DNA from: Perna viridis
Lineage: Eukaryota
Direction: 5' to 3'
Length of the DNA stretch: 64,000 bases
Assembly: GCA_037379345.1 (NCBI GenBank)
Contig: CM074514.1
Span: 31,000,001-31,064,000, forward strand
Shown: positions 48,930 to 64,000 of the stretch, one piece after another
Layout: each line of letters starts with the position of its first letter
Position numbering within the stretch: the first letter of the stretch is position 1
Notes under the pieces: generated by a model
The model's input: only the letters and a program-made list of their open reading frames with translations
Told to the model about the DNA's origin: nothing
The model's database searches: none
Position numbers and translations under genes: made by a program

Positions 48930-50399
48930 ATGTAGATCTAGAACTATTTTATAGGAATAAATTTAAAAAGAAACTGGCTATGAAAAATGAAACTTTTTAT
49001 CTTATCTGATTTAACTAGTCCATTTCATTTTACGATTTACATAAATAGCAAAGATTTCGTTCATGAAACATTATCATGTCCTAACTAAAAAATCGACTGT
49101 CCATCTAAAAAGTGCCACTTAGTTTCCAAAGAAAAGGAAATTGCAATGTAAAAAATGCACATGCATTGATTTGTATGATCAAATTTCAGTGCAAGAAAAT
49201 ATAATGAATATCTTACTCCTGGATTGTAACTATGAACAAACAAATTACATTGAATACTTAGACAAAGGAACACAGTATTTTACCTACCCGCTCATTCACA
49301 TATTATAAAGTATTAAACTATAGGGCAAAATAAACCAAATTTATAGGGGCATGGTGGTGTATGTATATTGTAAACAATAAAATAACATTTTTTATTGATA
49401 GTGTAAGAGTACATTAATATGATACAAATGAAAATATGTCATAACTTAATAGCAAAACAATATACCTATTGTTGTTCTTACATACTAGTATACTTATCAT
49501 ACATGCTATATCATATAATTAGGAGTCGTAAAATAAAAGTTAATTGCAACATTTTAGGTATTTGCTAAAACGTCATTTTGATATTTTTGACTGGGCTGCT
49601 TATAAGTTTCACGAAAATCCTGTGGCTGAACCTTCTCTGGTATAATAAAAAAAAATACAGGTTTCTTAATGGGCAAGACGTCAAACATCTGCATTTGACT
49701 AGATCACGTCATGCTCAATATGATATAAATGTATGGTACTCGAATATAAAAAATACGATTATATAATATACTTATACATACACCCATTACAACAGGATTG
49801 GTTTTATGGACTATATCTACTTTGCTGTGAAAGGAACCATTTTCTTGAACAAACGTTCCTATATAAACATAACATGGATTTCATTGATGTAAAAATGTTA
49901 TTCCCGTACTTTTACTGATTAACACAACACCCACAATATAGAAATTTTTGCAATAATCCAGATACTATACTAAGTACATAATTAATGTAAATATACAAAA
50001 TATGAAACAGTGCGTTGCAATATTTCGCTATTTCCACATACACATCATGTTTATCAAGAAACTCAGTGGATGAATATATCTTTCAAACTCATGATTATTT
50101 ACATGACATGAGATCATGATAAGAAGCGCAAAATGTATAAATTTTCGACTATCACGTATTAATTATCAATAATCATGGATAAAAAATATCACCCTTTTCA
50201 ACCAACTAGAAGACAAATATTGACCATAATTATTGACGTACAAAAAAGGTGAAATAATATGCCTCAGAATATAAGCGAAAATTGTTTATTCTATACATGT
50301 ATCAAACGACCTAAAAAAGCATGGAGAGTAATCACACGTATGGCTGTTTCTGAACAATAATTACTTCAAATGGGAAATAATTAAAACGAATGAATTTAA

Positions 50400-50599
50400 G
50401 AAGGTAGACCTAGGGTAAGGGACATTACACTTGAAATCCGTGATATGTTGTTATCATTTCCAATTTCACCAAAGCCTATCAAACTTTCATTTGAAACAGA
50501 ATGAAATCAATCCAAGTTACTTTAATGCTTGCATGAAATGCTGAATACAAACGTTCCAATGATTTGTAAGAGTTGTGTTCCTTACGTTAGGCCTATGCC
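50400..50599. mobile_element. Short copy of the TTAA-flanked MITE family (partial third copy at about 62555-62725)
   Basis: TTAA|GAAGGTAGACCTAGGGTAAGGGACAT...GAGTTGTGTTCCTTACGTTAGGCCTATGCC|TTAA. Confidence 0.78.
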
Positions 50600-50991
50600 T
50601 TAAAATGTGCGCACAGGTAAAAAAAAACAAAGTGATGGGTTAAAGTAAGCATAATCCAACAATATTTTATGTCGTATAATGTGCTTATATGAGGGTAAAT
50701 TAAATATATATTCATGTCTCATAGTACTTTATCATACAATATGTCATTAGTTTCCCTCTTCACGTTTTGTTTTTATTTTGTAAAGGTTGTCGTCATTTGT
50801 CAACGTTATTGACGTTGTCAATCACTGAGTAACATGGTTAACTCAATTTTCATTCACCAACAATATTTAGATTGAGTAAATTATTTTGTGTATCCATACA
50901 CATCATGCTCTGACGATTTCTGAACAAGTATTTTTAAATACAATTTTCCTCTATATTTCACGAATTTCACCATAGTGTGGTCACAAAAACA

Positions 50992-53900
50992 TTATTGATA
51001 GGGTATTTCACCGTTGGTTACATTGCGCACCCAATTGACATATATCGAAACATTGGTATAAACTCCAGGTACTTTTGGAAGTGCACAACCAATACCCCAT
51101 GATATTACTCCAGCCATGTACCAAGTATCTGCTGTTCCATTGTGTCGACACATAAGTGGACCACCACTGTCTCCCTGAAATTAGAAATGAAACATACTCT
51201 CGATATATAATATACAGCGAAGCTCATATTTATTGCATTTCGAAGAACTATATAAACATGATTATGACGGGAGATCATGCAAAACGCAGAAAGAACGATC
51301 AGATTGAAGATGCCAAGGTCATGGCTGGAATGCCTTGAACAGATCTAGTACATGTAATTTGATTCATTAGAATATAGTATAACAACAGTTTCATATTTTC
51401 AGTCGTTCGAATAAGTGCCAAAAACAAAACAGGATTAAGCAACATCAAGCACAGATAATATAAAGTTGTATCACCTTGCATATCTTCTAACTCTTGTACA
51501 ATACAACTACAATAGTTATGTAGGTTGGTGGGACTATTGAAAAATTATAACCACAGCAGAGACAACTTGGAAGTATTATACAGACAGAAAATGTTCTGAA
51601 TACAACACCCTATCAGAACTAGCACAATGCATTTTCAGCATCCAGACTATTGGTGTACGCTACAAATCAAAAACAGTTGTTGCAATGATAAAAACGTAAC
51701 CAGTTGTGTGAATAAATCAACAACACGTGTAATGCGCGTAATAAAAACAACTATTTCTGTAACTTGAAATTATTAGATACCTGACAAGAATCATGACCTC
51801 GACTTCCGCCTGCACACATCATATTTGAAGTAAGATCATAAGATGACGGTTCTGGGGAAACTTCAATAGCCTTCTTACAACTTTCCCAGTTCACTATGTA
51901 TAGCGCTACCTCTTTCATCGCTCGTTCGTATTCCTTAGCTGAAATATGAAAATACATCGTAATCTTTGTAGAATCTGTTTTTTTTTAAAACAACGTATCA
52001 TAGAAAATATCATCTTTAATGTTTGATTAAAAGGTTTTTTTTGTTCTTTTGGAGTCCATATTCAGAAAAAGGCATAGGCACAACAAAGCCAAAACATACT
52101 GTGGTCTAAACTATTTTCAAAATAATTCCAATTACAAGCCTGCCGGTAGTAGTATGCCTCGTGCATACTATCAAACTAAGGTTTGTTTTCTTTTAATTTT
52201 TGTGGTCCCGGGATATGTGCCTTATTCAACGTTTGAAATATTCCATCCTTTTCATGAATTGAACATATCATAACATGAAAAAATCTTATTCCCTTGAAAA
52301 TACCAAAATTTATGAACAGCATATCTATACTCATGAAGTTATCCATAATCAATATCAGGCACTATCTTTGTGAGGATACGGTTAGAAGTACTGTCATTGA
52401 TGTTTTTAAAATTAGACGTGACGGTCGTACTCACGCAATTTTTTAAAGAAAAATTACTACATGAAGAAGGAGGTAGTCTTTCCAGCATATGATACTTAAA
52501 ATGATTAAGTTTGTTTTTATGAATATATTCGAAATTTTATTAAATTGCAAATAGAATATCTAAGGCATTTTTTAGTTTAGGCAAATTATTCACTTTTATA
52601 ACAACTTAATGACTACACACATAGTTTTATCATCATATATCAAATCTCTTTTGATGATTCATGAAATGATTTATAATCGTACAAGACAAAGTAAAAGATT
52701 TACGTTGAGACTGAAATCAATATGATTCAGAGTTATATTAGTAGACTAATATATTTTAATAAGTACTGGAGATCTTGAGGATAGAAACTCGATGTAAAAA
52801 TCTGATATCCAAAACAACTTGATGCGTAAATTAATCAGTTGCACTCTAAAAAAGCGTTATCTGCTTATTTGGCAAAAACAATCCACTCTAATTTCTCTCA
52901 TTTTAAATCTTACCTTGTACGTTACGACGGCCCCATCCTATGGCATAACACTTAGTTTCTTCCGGTGTCTTGTAATATGGTTCGGGCAAACATATTGGAC
53001 GGATATAATCATTGAAATAAACGGGTTCCTCTAATTCTATAAGTGCAATATCATTGTCAACCGTCATTGGATTAAAATTAGGATGTACAAAGCTCCTTTT
53101 GGCTTTCCTAATTTGTATATACGGGGAAAAAGTATCTCGTCGCGTTGAGCCGATCTTTAAAACCATATCCTTGCCATCTTTTACCCTAAAACAAAGTAAA
53201 CATCTCTTGAAGTCGAATTCATTGATGACATTTTAATTCAGTAATTGGATACATTTATAATTCGTGTAGCCCAATATTTATCTACAAAGACAAATGCTTA
53301 GATTTCAAGGTTGCAACAGCACTGTTTAGACACCCAAATAAGTACTCCTTTTCACCGATTGATAGAGAATAAATTATGGGAATAATTGAGTTTTCAGATT
53401 TGAATCCAGAAAAAATATACCCTTTTAGCGCAAATGTTTAATACCAGACCAACTGAAATTTTAGTACATTTTTTGTAATTATTGAAAACTCAAACAAGAT
53501 TAACATGTGATTTTTTTTGTATTTTAATAGAGACACAATTTCGTAATATCTGATTGAATTAACATACCCTCCAACACAATGCCCCGCTGTTAGTACCCAT
53601 TTATGTCCGATCAGACTAGATCCGCAATAAAACGCCTCATTGTTCCCGCCATGCAATGATACCTGTGAGGGCCAAGTCCCTGGATCAACTTCATCACCAT
53701 TAACTATGCGTAGTTGTGATTCATAATTTGCCGGCCTCGTCCCACATACTGAAAGAGTAATCAAGGGAATAATCGCAAATTAGATAAAAACAATTTTATA
53801 TAAATTTAGGAAAACACCACTAGAAAAGCTTCTTAATGAGTAAAATCGAGTATAGCAGCGAGCGGCGTTAAATATTGTATAATGAAGTCATTGTTCAGTA

Positions 53901-56900
53901 CCCTAGACAATGATTGAAAAGCACGATCCACAATGCTAGATTAAATTTAACTCAGTTCTAGAGATATGCATACAAAGTACAACTATCCTATTCGATAGGC
54001 TGTAAGCAAAAAATTATTTAGCACCGCTCATTGGAATAAAATATTTTCCTGAAATCAAAATTGTTTTTGGTATGCTATCTCGTAAAAGTAACCCTAACCT
54101 GGTCTAACTAATTCCGTGCTTCTTTGACAAGTAATTTCAATTGATTATTTGCGTGTTAAAAACAAAGGAAGTAACAAAGAATATAAATATCATACACTGT
54201 ACCTGCTTAAATGTATTCCTTATATGAAATTGTTGACAGGGGAATGAGTTTTATCTATAATTCAAACGTTTTTGAAATGCCCGAATTAGAGGAGAGATAG
54301 CCATGGGTTCAAATTTGAATAAAAACGGTGAAACGCACTATGTGCTACAAATGATTACATAACTGAAAAAAAAAAAAAACCAACCAAGTATTCATGGGGG
54401 TTGATCATCACAGGTTATTGCAATATGAGTAAGACACATATGGATTAATAAAAGAAATAAAAATTGGACCAACCTCCTGTTATACGGAAAAACGAATCAT
54501 ACATCTTATACTAATTATTCGTGGAAACGTTTGTAAAAGGATGACTGACGAACACTACGGAAAGCTCGGTGTCAAACGCAAAAGAATTGCACCGAATTAT
54601 TTTCCAGCAACAATTCTCAAATATGTGCCGATATTAATGAACATATGCCATATCAATTTTTTTAAGCTGTAATTAATACAGTTATAAAATCCGTCCCCCT
54701 TCAATGTGATTGAGTGCCATGTGGTCCATATTTCATGAATATCGGAATCTAAATCATTCAAGTCATAAATATTGAAATTATATTCACTATTCAATCATTA
54801 AATTGGGTGTTTAAAATAATTCCATAAATTAATGGAAAAACATAAATGGATTCCATACGAACAGGTCCAATTCCAGCGAGACCAATGCCCTAAAATGGAA
54901 CTGCAGGATTTCATATCAATTTTCGAACCCACAAAGACTGGTTCACAATTTTAGGTATTTTTGATGTCATCCAATTTGTATCGAGAACCATTATGATATA
55001 ATACAAATTCAAATAACAATTGTACATCCATTTTTATTTGCCTTTACAAAACTGCATCCCACTTGCTATTTAGGGATTGAATCTTAGCTGGGAATTAGCA
55101 ATGTTCAGTTATGCATAAATTTCACTTATAAAAAAAAATATGATAATAACAAGCTAATTTACATATAGAAGGTTAAATAATTATCCACTTTACCTCACAT
55201 GACAAAAAAAAAATTGAAAGATGCTAAGTTTGCGGTTCATACATAATAATGGTAAGGCCAATAATGTAGCACTGTCAACATTCAGACCAATCTGCATATA
55301 TGTATATTTGTACTAATATCTACTTTATACCCTGTATGCTTTTAGAGAACCATATTTTGTGTAAGAACTATATATTTCACTTTATATTATTTTTCGGTAT
55401 TTGTATCTATTGTGGCGCAGATAAAATCTAAGAAAAACATAGATTGTAATATTATTACCTGGGTTTGCGCATGTCAGGTTAACAACTTTTCCTGTACTGC
55501 ATTTACTTATTCTTCGGGTAAAGAAAGGTAACAAGCAATCACTAATATGTAAAATTCGCACATATTTGTTTAAAAAGATGAAAAATGACACAAAGTTAAA
55601 CAAATACATGAATACTTCAGTTACATTGAAATTAAAAGTAAACAATCTGTGTACTTTTTAAAAAAAAATATTTATCCTAGAATTGAGCATTCAAATAATC
55701 ATCTTTACTTCTTCAAGAACAAATGCGTATATCATTTGTATCAATGCTGTCAGCGGCAGAAATCAGGTATCAGATAAATAAAAGAAACTGAAGAAGACTC
55801 GAAAAGTAGCATGATGGTATAAAATCGTTCATTATAATGTAAAAGTTAATAAAACAAAAATCTGTTCGGCATATCACCGTATATCAAGTATACTACACTT
55901 ACGATTTGTTCAGATAACTTTGCAAAGCCATACTATCTATATCCTTTCCAAGCTGCGAGTTTGCACTAATACTAATCACAGATTTCAAACTTGTACCAAT
56001 AGATGTTACCTCTGTACGTGAATTCACATTTCTAAAACATAAAATATGCACCCAGATACATTTTGTGGACGAAAGATATGTTGGATTCAACGATAGCGAA
56101 ACATATTTAGAAATAAATAAAAGAGGCATTAAAATGTCGCTTCCGCAAAGTTCGATTTATCGGGAGGTGGTTACCTTCCTTTCCCATCATAAATATCAAA
56201 CCTATTGCTCATATTCTGTTGAATCGTCTCCTTTTCTATTTCGTTATTACAAACAATTTAATTTAAAGTTCAACTCCTTAACAATGTTGCACAAGGTTTA
56301 AATAAAAAAAAAAACACCAAATATCAACATAATTTTGATACACTTTCAATGCCCATGTAGTCATTTCTTCATTTTATTACCCATATACTGCAATTGAATA
56401 ACACGGGCCGTAAATCATTTGTTATTTGACTTATAACTAACTTGTATCCAAGTTGTTTACAAGCCATCGCACTGAAACTAGGGTTCCAATCATCTGCACA
56501 GACCTCCTGCCAATGAGAGCTAACACCGTCTTTAACCTGTAAAATACCCGAATTCGTTCCATCTCCAAGTCTAACTGAAATAAAGTAACCAAGTTAATAT
56601 TACAATTATTATAAGTAATTCAATAATAATTTTTTTTCTGGTAAGTTTGAGCTTATTTTTTCAACAATACATGAAATGCCTTACATTGCTACAAATAATT
56701 TCAAAACATTAATCTAAAAAAGAAATCTGTAAATAAAGTTAATGCTGGGTGTATCGTCTGTACTTTACTCGAAAAGACATATAAAAAGGAAATATGTCAT
56801 AACCTTTCTTATCTTTATGTGAAAAGATTACAAAAAGTCTTCATTTAAAAAATGTAGAATTCATACTTTGATCATTTCATAAAAAAAAAAATTGATAATG

Positions 56901-59900
56901 GAGAATCATAACGTTAAACCCTTCGGTAAGTATATTGTCAAATCATTAAAGGGCAATTGTAACGTCAATCGCATTTCTGTTTAGAATTTCTATTTTTCTC
57001 TACTAAAAAAATCCCGTCAATAATGAGGCAATTCAGATACATATAAAACCCATGTACATAACCACGATGCAGCCAACCGTTTATAATGGATTTCATATAA
57101 AAAACTGAAGATAAAGAAAGCAAAAAACTCGGTCATTAGCAACATGAAGTCTGAAAAACCCCTGTCCTGAATCGCCAGTGCTACCCGTCACATTGTATAT
57201 GAATACAATCAGGTAAAAGTGTAGCAATAATATTGAAGCTCCTCGACACGAGTCCAAAACATAAGAGCGATTCACACTTGGGCGATATCATGCAGTTCCA
57301 TAAAGCATCACGATGTAAATAAAGTACGAATAGTCAAGAGAACAAACTTTTTTAAGATTCTAAAAATCTGATGAATGTAATCCAGGTTCAAAGACTAGAC
57401 AGTGAAAACAGACACACACAACAAAATACATAAAATGACCAAAATGAAAGTACAAAGCATCAAAAGTCAATAAGCAACTCGGACTCCACTAAAAAACTGG
57501 AAGCATTGACCACTTGCACCTGAAGACTAAGCGTCCTCTGCATTTTTAGAAAAAAAACACCGAGTTACTCATAAAAAGTCAAGTCCGGGTAGTCGAAAGA
57601 GGAAAAGACAACTATAACACATTGAACAAATCGGTTCTCACGGTGCAGATGGATACAACGTAAAGATCCACGAGTTCTTGATGACGATCATAAAACTTCT
57701 GTAGTAATGACTTCAATCTTTTAGCAATATAACCCTGTTCCAGAAGCCTAATTGTAAGTCTAACGCGGTTTACAAAGTGCATAGTTACGATAAGCTCTGG
57801 CATAACGTATGATATGTAATATAAAACTCCTTACACAAGAGCAACAGATGAAAACAGAGTTGATAATACGGAATGTAAAGTCTCATCGCATTTGTCGTAT
57901 AGTAAATAATGCTGAAATATTGGAAACTTATTCTAAATAGACGCATTAGCTTATCACCATATGCCATGTAACAATACTAACTATATATGTATAACCGCAC
58001 GAACTTTTAATCTTCAACTTGATACAAATGTAACAATAAATAATGCCAAAACTGGCAACGTGTTTTCAAAAGGAAATGAAGTGTATCTCTGCGTAACTTC
58101 TACGCCCTCTCGAGAAATAGTAAATAGTGAAGAAAGAGAAAATAAGATTTCAAATTGTTTTACGTTTTAGCAATATTACGTACTGCATCCAGCTTCGTCA
58201 ACGCTTTCATAGCAGTCTGTTACTCCGTCACAGATATTTTCAGTTGGAATACATTGCCCAGAAACAGGATGGCATAACTCTTTGGCTGGAGGACAAGTTG
58301 CTTTAGAAGAAAACACACAGTTATTTTTCAACTGCAGCCTTAAAGAATATCACGATGTAAAAAAGAAATAGTATGTACATGACATTAACTGTACCTTTAA
58401 AATTTTCGTTACTGATAAATAACATAATATAGTATCGAACAGTTCGATAATTTCTTTAATTTCTAGGTGTTCTCCAAACAGATACTGAATATTTTCCTAC
58501 TGGAGATTCAGTGACAGCTTGGAAACTCGAAACTGATTTTTGTACTTAGTAATTTGTAACTTATACGTCAATGAGCGGCCACCAATCACAGCGTGACACT
58601 TACACTTACTTAAATTAAGGATAAAGATTCCAGCATTGCTGTAATATATCTAAATAAAATATCACAGCAACATTTTACTTATAAAAACATATTTCTCGTT
58701 ATTTCCAATAACTCGGTTTCTTAAAAAAAATATTTTAGTTGGGTTTAACACTTAAATATGTAATACGCACCACAAAGTTTTTCATCACTTTTATCTTGGC
58801 AGTCGTAATAACCGTCACAGACCCAGGATGATGGGATACAAGTATTTCCATCACAGCGCAGTTCACCAGACTTACAATCTATAATTACATATGATACCAG
58901 TACATTTGGTGCCAGTGCAGAATCTTTGCACCTAGTCCGTATGACCAGTGCATTTTTGGCAAGCTAGCTCGTATGGAAATCATTCATATTGGCCCTTTAA
59001 TAACCCAAAAAAAGGAAGTGATACAAAACGGCCCAATACGGCCTTCCGTAATGGACCGGACCGAAAATTGGAAAAGTTATTAACCGGTTAGAGTATTGTG
59101 AAATATATCTGTCATGCCGATGTTAGCATATAAGGGCCGATTTTAATAAATGAAAAAAAAGGGTATATACATAGTGATAAACCTTCGACCCAACAGTTAA
59201 TTTTTGAAATGCTGTAGTTGTAATTCTATTTTTTTTTAATTCTCAAGCTTTGTCAGACAATAAACCTGTAGAAAACTCTTAAAGTTGTAAATGTTCGTTC
59301 TGTTTTATACATCCTTGCAAAATATGTTGATACATGGGCATGAAACAATAAGCAAATCGTTGTACAGGCTTTTACTTGATTTTGATAATTCAAGGTTTAT
59401 CTATATACATTGATTTGTGAAATTTACTTCCGCTTTATTTGTTTGTTACTACCAGGTTGACTGTAAAAAAAAATGATCTTCTAACAACCGATAGATTAGA
59501 TTATGTCAAACATAGCTGAGTTTTCCGTTTAATGAAATTTCATTAAGTTCAGTTTGTAAGTATGCTTATGTTAAAAGAGACGACTACTAAGTTGAAATTT
59601 TCCTTATCTTATCTATGTGCCAGCTGATAAAAGCAACAATTACAGTAAATTTTCCCAGTTTTGTTGACTCAGGGTTGCTCATTTTTTACTTTTGCTTTTT
59701 TTTTTGTCCGTGTGATTTTTGTTACTTTGTATTTCATTTAATTTGTTTTGTGTGTCAGTTTTCTGTCTAATTTTGTTTTGAGCAATATTCTTTTGATTTT
59801 CATTCGAATCTTGGTTCCCTTGATTACCCTTCCAAAAAATAAAGAATAGTTGTCTGGGTACTTTATCATGTATGGAACTTTCTCAAACATTTTATGTTGT

Positions 59901-62900
59901 TTAGAAAATTGACATAAAAATTCGACATACCAATTATTTCTTTTCTTTTTCTTAATTGGCATGGTTCTTATGCAAATTATATTTGCTGCCACAAACTATC
60001 CGACAATAATTATGACTTTTATTAACTAACATAAAATTGTACATATCAATTGTACATACCATCAACAAGCTTTGGTTCATGTGCTTCCCTGTACCCAATG
60101 CAAACAGACGGGTCATCGACATCTGGTAATGCGGTACAATTCAACTCATCTGGCCATGGCACGTTGAATATCAACAAAAATACTTCACAACCAGCTTTGG
60201 TGGCTGTTATAAAAGATAAAAATACAAATAAAAAAAATAATAGTTAGGGAATAGACGATTAGTTTGTTTTAAACATGTTATCTTATATTAACTAAATTAA
60301 TGTGAGACTTCGTTGCCAGGATTGAAAATAAATGAACAATTGATATATCTTCGCACCTTATATGCGCTTAAGCCATATTGTAAATATATACAATATGTAA
60401 TTTGCTTGTCCTGCTGTTTATTTGTTTAAGCCTTATTTTGTTTATTGGTGAATATTTTAGCATTATCAATTTTTAATATTTTAGTTGAACTAATGGTTAT
60501 CATTTTGAATTTACTAAATGGCAAATAAGAATTGTAATGTAAATTCTGAGTTCACACCGACCTCTAACAAGTAAAGAATATCATATTAACATGTCTACAT
60601 TTACCTTCACACAAACTCCTACAAGGTGGTATAACATGCTTCCCCAGAATCTCTGATCCAGAACATTTAGGTACAAATGCTGAACAGGCCAGAAGTGCCG
60701 CATGTTTGTAGCAGCCTGTAGCGTTACTTAGAGTTATAACGACATGCACGTATCGGGCAGCATTTGCTTCACTTATACTACCAGCATAATTTGGGAACGC
60801 AGTTGTTCTGTATCCCATTTCCCAGCATTGTGAAAATGAAGTGTTTTTGTATGCAAAACAATGGGCGGCTAAGCAAAAAAAAAGATTAAAGAAAATCGTC
60901 AGACATCTTATCATCGTACATGAAACGTTAAAATATGATGTATAAAGTGTTTCTTTTGTATTAAACATGTATCATTATGAAACAATAGTATAATTTACTT
61001 GTTTGTTATTGCATTCATTTGTCTTTAATTCCGGGCCAAATCTACAGAGTAAATAATACAGTATTTAAATGTATTTTTAGTTCAAAGTATCATCTCCCCC
61101 AGAAATAGCATGCTTGCAGGTAAATAATTGGTAGGGTGTATGTTAACTTTTATAATGTTTCACTAGAGTTCGAGAATTTGGAATACACGGCTCTAACTAT
61201 TGACAAGGCCATTTTAAGTGTCAGTACATATAAAATTCAGACATTGCCCATGGTTAAATGATTCATGGTGTAGAAAAAACCATGAATCAGATGATGCTTT
61301 TTTGGTCTACATATGCTATATATCTATGTAACAATAGTCCTTCTGTATTTAGATCTGTTCTTTTGAGAAAACTAATCTTTATCTTCCCTCTAAAATCAAC
61401 CACATCAAGAACAATAATTCCTGCAAAGTGTACTCTCATACACAATCTATATAAATGTTATCTCAAAAGTACAACCCAAAATGAAAAACTAAGACAGGTT
61501 ATGTGATCTTTAACAGTTTTTGAACAAGAAATAAAACTGAGTTCGGTGGATTTTTGACATGCATGAATCACCCCCTGCCTGATAATTATAATAAAAACCT
61601 GCTACTTAAATAGAACTTGCTGGGTTCAGTAACATATAAAGTTTATATCAGGTTCTTTACCCAGCGTCAATGGAAATTGCATTCAGTGAATAATAAAAAA
61701 AATGAATCATAGATAGTAGATTTTCTTTTGTTTAAAATAGATTTCGTTTGTGCTAAGATAGGTATGTTGTATTACTAAAATTTTTTTGTCCATCTATCAT
61801 ATTTCTTAACTATCAGCTAACTTTTCGTGACGAGTATTAGATTTACACAAAATGATACGTATTCAAGGCAGATATTCTGCAATATACACATTTGAAACAA
61901 AGCTTTGTAAAAAATGCTTCCAATTGCCATCATACTATAAAACGACAATTAGTGGAACTTGGAATATATTCAATAAAGAACATGTCATCGAAATCAGAAC
62001 ACATGACCATAAAAAGAGACAAAAAAAAACGTTATCTTAAATTACATGGACTGGGATGCCATTCAACAAAAATATTTGTCTCTATCGCCTTTTCCCAGTA
62101 GTAATAAACGTCAAGAAGTTCACGTAAAATCGCTTAATCAGTGAAGTTTGTGTCTGATCAGGAACATTTTAAAAGTGAAATGTGGATTTTAATGCCCATC
62201 TTTTATAACCATGTAAAATAAAGGCAAAGTGGATACCATATGGAACGATGTTTGTCTGATTGTTATAGTGATCTAAGATACTTTGAGATTTTACATATAC
62301 ATTAACAACCATCAATGTTCTTTCAAAATGAATATAAAGCAGAGGAAAATATCAGAAAAAATACACATAAATTTCATCTCCGTCACATATAGAAATCGGA
62401 TATGACGAAACACAACAAATCCACCAGTGTATAAACTAATTACAAAAAAGTAAACACTTTGAGAGATCACCAAAAGGTCTTCAACAAGTGAAAGTACACC
62501 TTTATGTTAACTCTTGAAGCCTCCGAACACAAAAGTAACACTTTGACCACTTAGGCAGGTGGGCCTAGGGTAAGGGACATAACTCCTAAAATCAGTGATA
62601 TGTTTGTATCATATATGATTTCAATTTTAAGTTGAAACAGAATGAAATCAATCAAAGTTACTTTGATGCTACATGAGATTGATATGAAGAGCCTAAATAC
62701 AAACGTTCCAATAATTTGTAAGTGTTAGAATCCGGCAAGGACTGAATAAGGGTAAGATAAAACACCACTATAAGAGTGCATTTGAACTATTTGTACCAAC
62801 GTAGATAAGTTAATAAATCATTTGTTACACCACCTGTTTAGTAAAATTGTTTATCGATTCCATATTAATATGCATTACAAATGATGAAGAATTCAAGAAT

Positions 62901-63235
62901 ATATACAACTCTGTCACATTCTGTTGACAATTTTTTTCACTTCTATACAACTGTATAGTTTAAATACGTCATTTCCAATAACAAGGATCGTTTTAAGTAA
63001 ACATATGGTGTTTAAATACAGTAATATGTTTTTGACATGCATGTCTCAGTCCTTTTAATATTATGCAATAATTGTTTAAATGTCCACCAAATTTGTTTCA
63101 ATTTTTTCCTAGATAGCATATACTCACGTTTATAAGGATTCTGTTTACACACATTTTGGTCGTTGGAATCCGGTAAAATATCACAGTCCACAGGGAATGT
63201 TTGATTTATTTGGCTAACACAACTCTCTCGGACAT
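50992..63235 (-). CDS. Corin-like modular serine protease (Fz-Fz-LDLa-LDLa-SRCR-trypsin), 5' part outside the window
   Basis: Exons in transcript order: 63235-63128, 60868-60605, 60203-60060, 58878-58771, 58300-58184, 56574-56442, 56031-55903, 55511-55459, 53748-53568, 53185-52914, 51938-51781, 51174-50992; phases consistent. R-IVNG activation site; LTAGHC, DNDIAL and DSCQGDSGGP triad; Frizzled PPCRSLC; LDLa CDG..DC...DE..C; SRCR VCADDW...ACKQLGY. Confidence 0.92.
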
Positions 63236-64000
63236 CTTTCAAATAGAACATTTATAATTACATTAGTTACAATATTTGATAGATTGATAGTTTTACAAGC
63301 TATTTCAAACATTAGCTAAATCAGGCATTCAAATATAGTCGATGTTATCTTGAATTGCTCACAAAGCTTCAAAATGGTAAAAGTACATTTTGTGTGCGAG
63401 ATTGAACAAAAACGTTCTTTGTAAGATCTACGTATAGTTTTGGCAAAAAATATCTAAAATACAATCCAATTTTTTAACTACGACTCATATGATATGTCTT
63501 TATCTTTTATATAAGGAAAAAAGTCATATAATTTTTGTCATGTAACTGATTCTTTTCCAGTAAGTTAAAATTCGTTATACTATTTCTTCTCGTACCCTCC
63601 AGCAACAATAAATAAGTATTTTACATGTACAATCCTTATAATGTCTGTCTCAAAAGCACAACCTCCGAATGGAAAAGCTAACGACGATAATAACTGACAT
63701 ATAAACATTAACATGTACAAAGTTGACTTTAATAATATACTTGGAAGGAATATTGACATCAAAGAGATATGCAACTCCTCTCACCAAGATAACATAAAAC
63801 ATGGAAAAGTAATATCATTTTGACAAAAATAAGAAAAGTCTTAGCCTTGACCAATATTCAATTTCATTCCAAAAGATATATATAATTCATTGTTTGTTAG
63901 AGAATTATTGGCAGTGTATACATTATAATTAAACTTACGATCCCAGAAAGCGCTGCTTTCGGCATGACTTATATAAAGGAACTCCCAAGTTTTGAAATTG

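Overview
AT-rich, intron-containing eukaryotic DNA. The repeat landscape and gene content suggest a bivalve mollusc (inference). I assembled six spliced genes by hand from GT-AG junctions with consistent phases: two tandem SDR9C-type (RDH/HSD17B6/BDH1-like) dehydrogenases on + (the first runs off the window start), a CSKMT/METTL12-like methyltransferase (+), a claudin/PMP22-like four-TM protein with a very long tail (+), a 12-exon astacin+MAM metalloprotease with three microexons (+), and a corin-like Fz-Fz-LDLa-LDLa-SRCR-trypsin protease (-, 5' end beyond the window). There is also an orphan two-TM ORF. Intergenic and intronic DNA is full of Penelope-like element (PLE) remnants, MITEs, Crypton-like palindromic elements and SINE-like retroposons. 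The most notable signals are: a minimal hammerhead ribozyme candidate in a host intron; a 30-bp hairpin whose only non-Watson-Crick pairs are G.U; two related, structured, TSD-flanked retroposons (one with a non-tRNA head); and a tandem amplification of a splice-donor unit. There is no CRISPR array, rRNA or tRNA gene. All family assignments come from motif recognition, not database searches.
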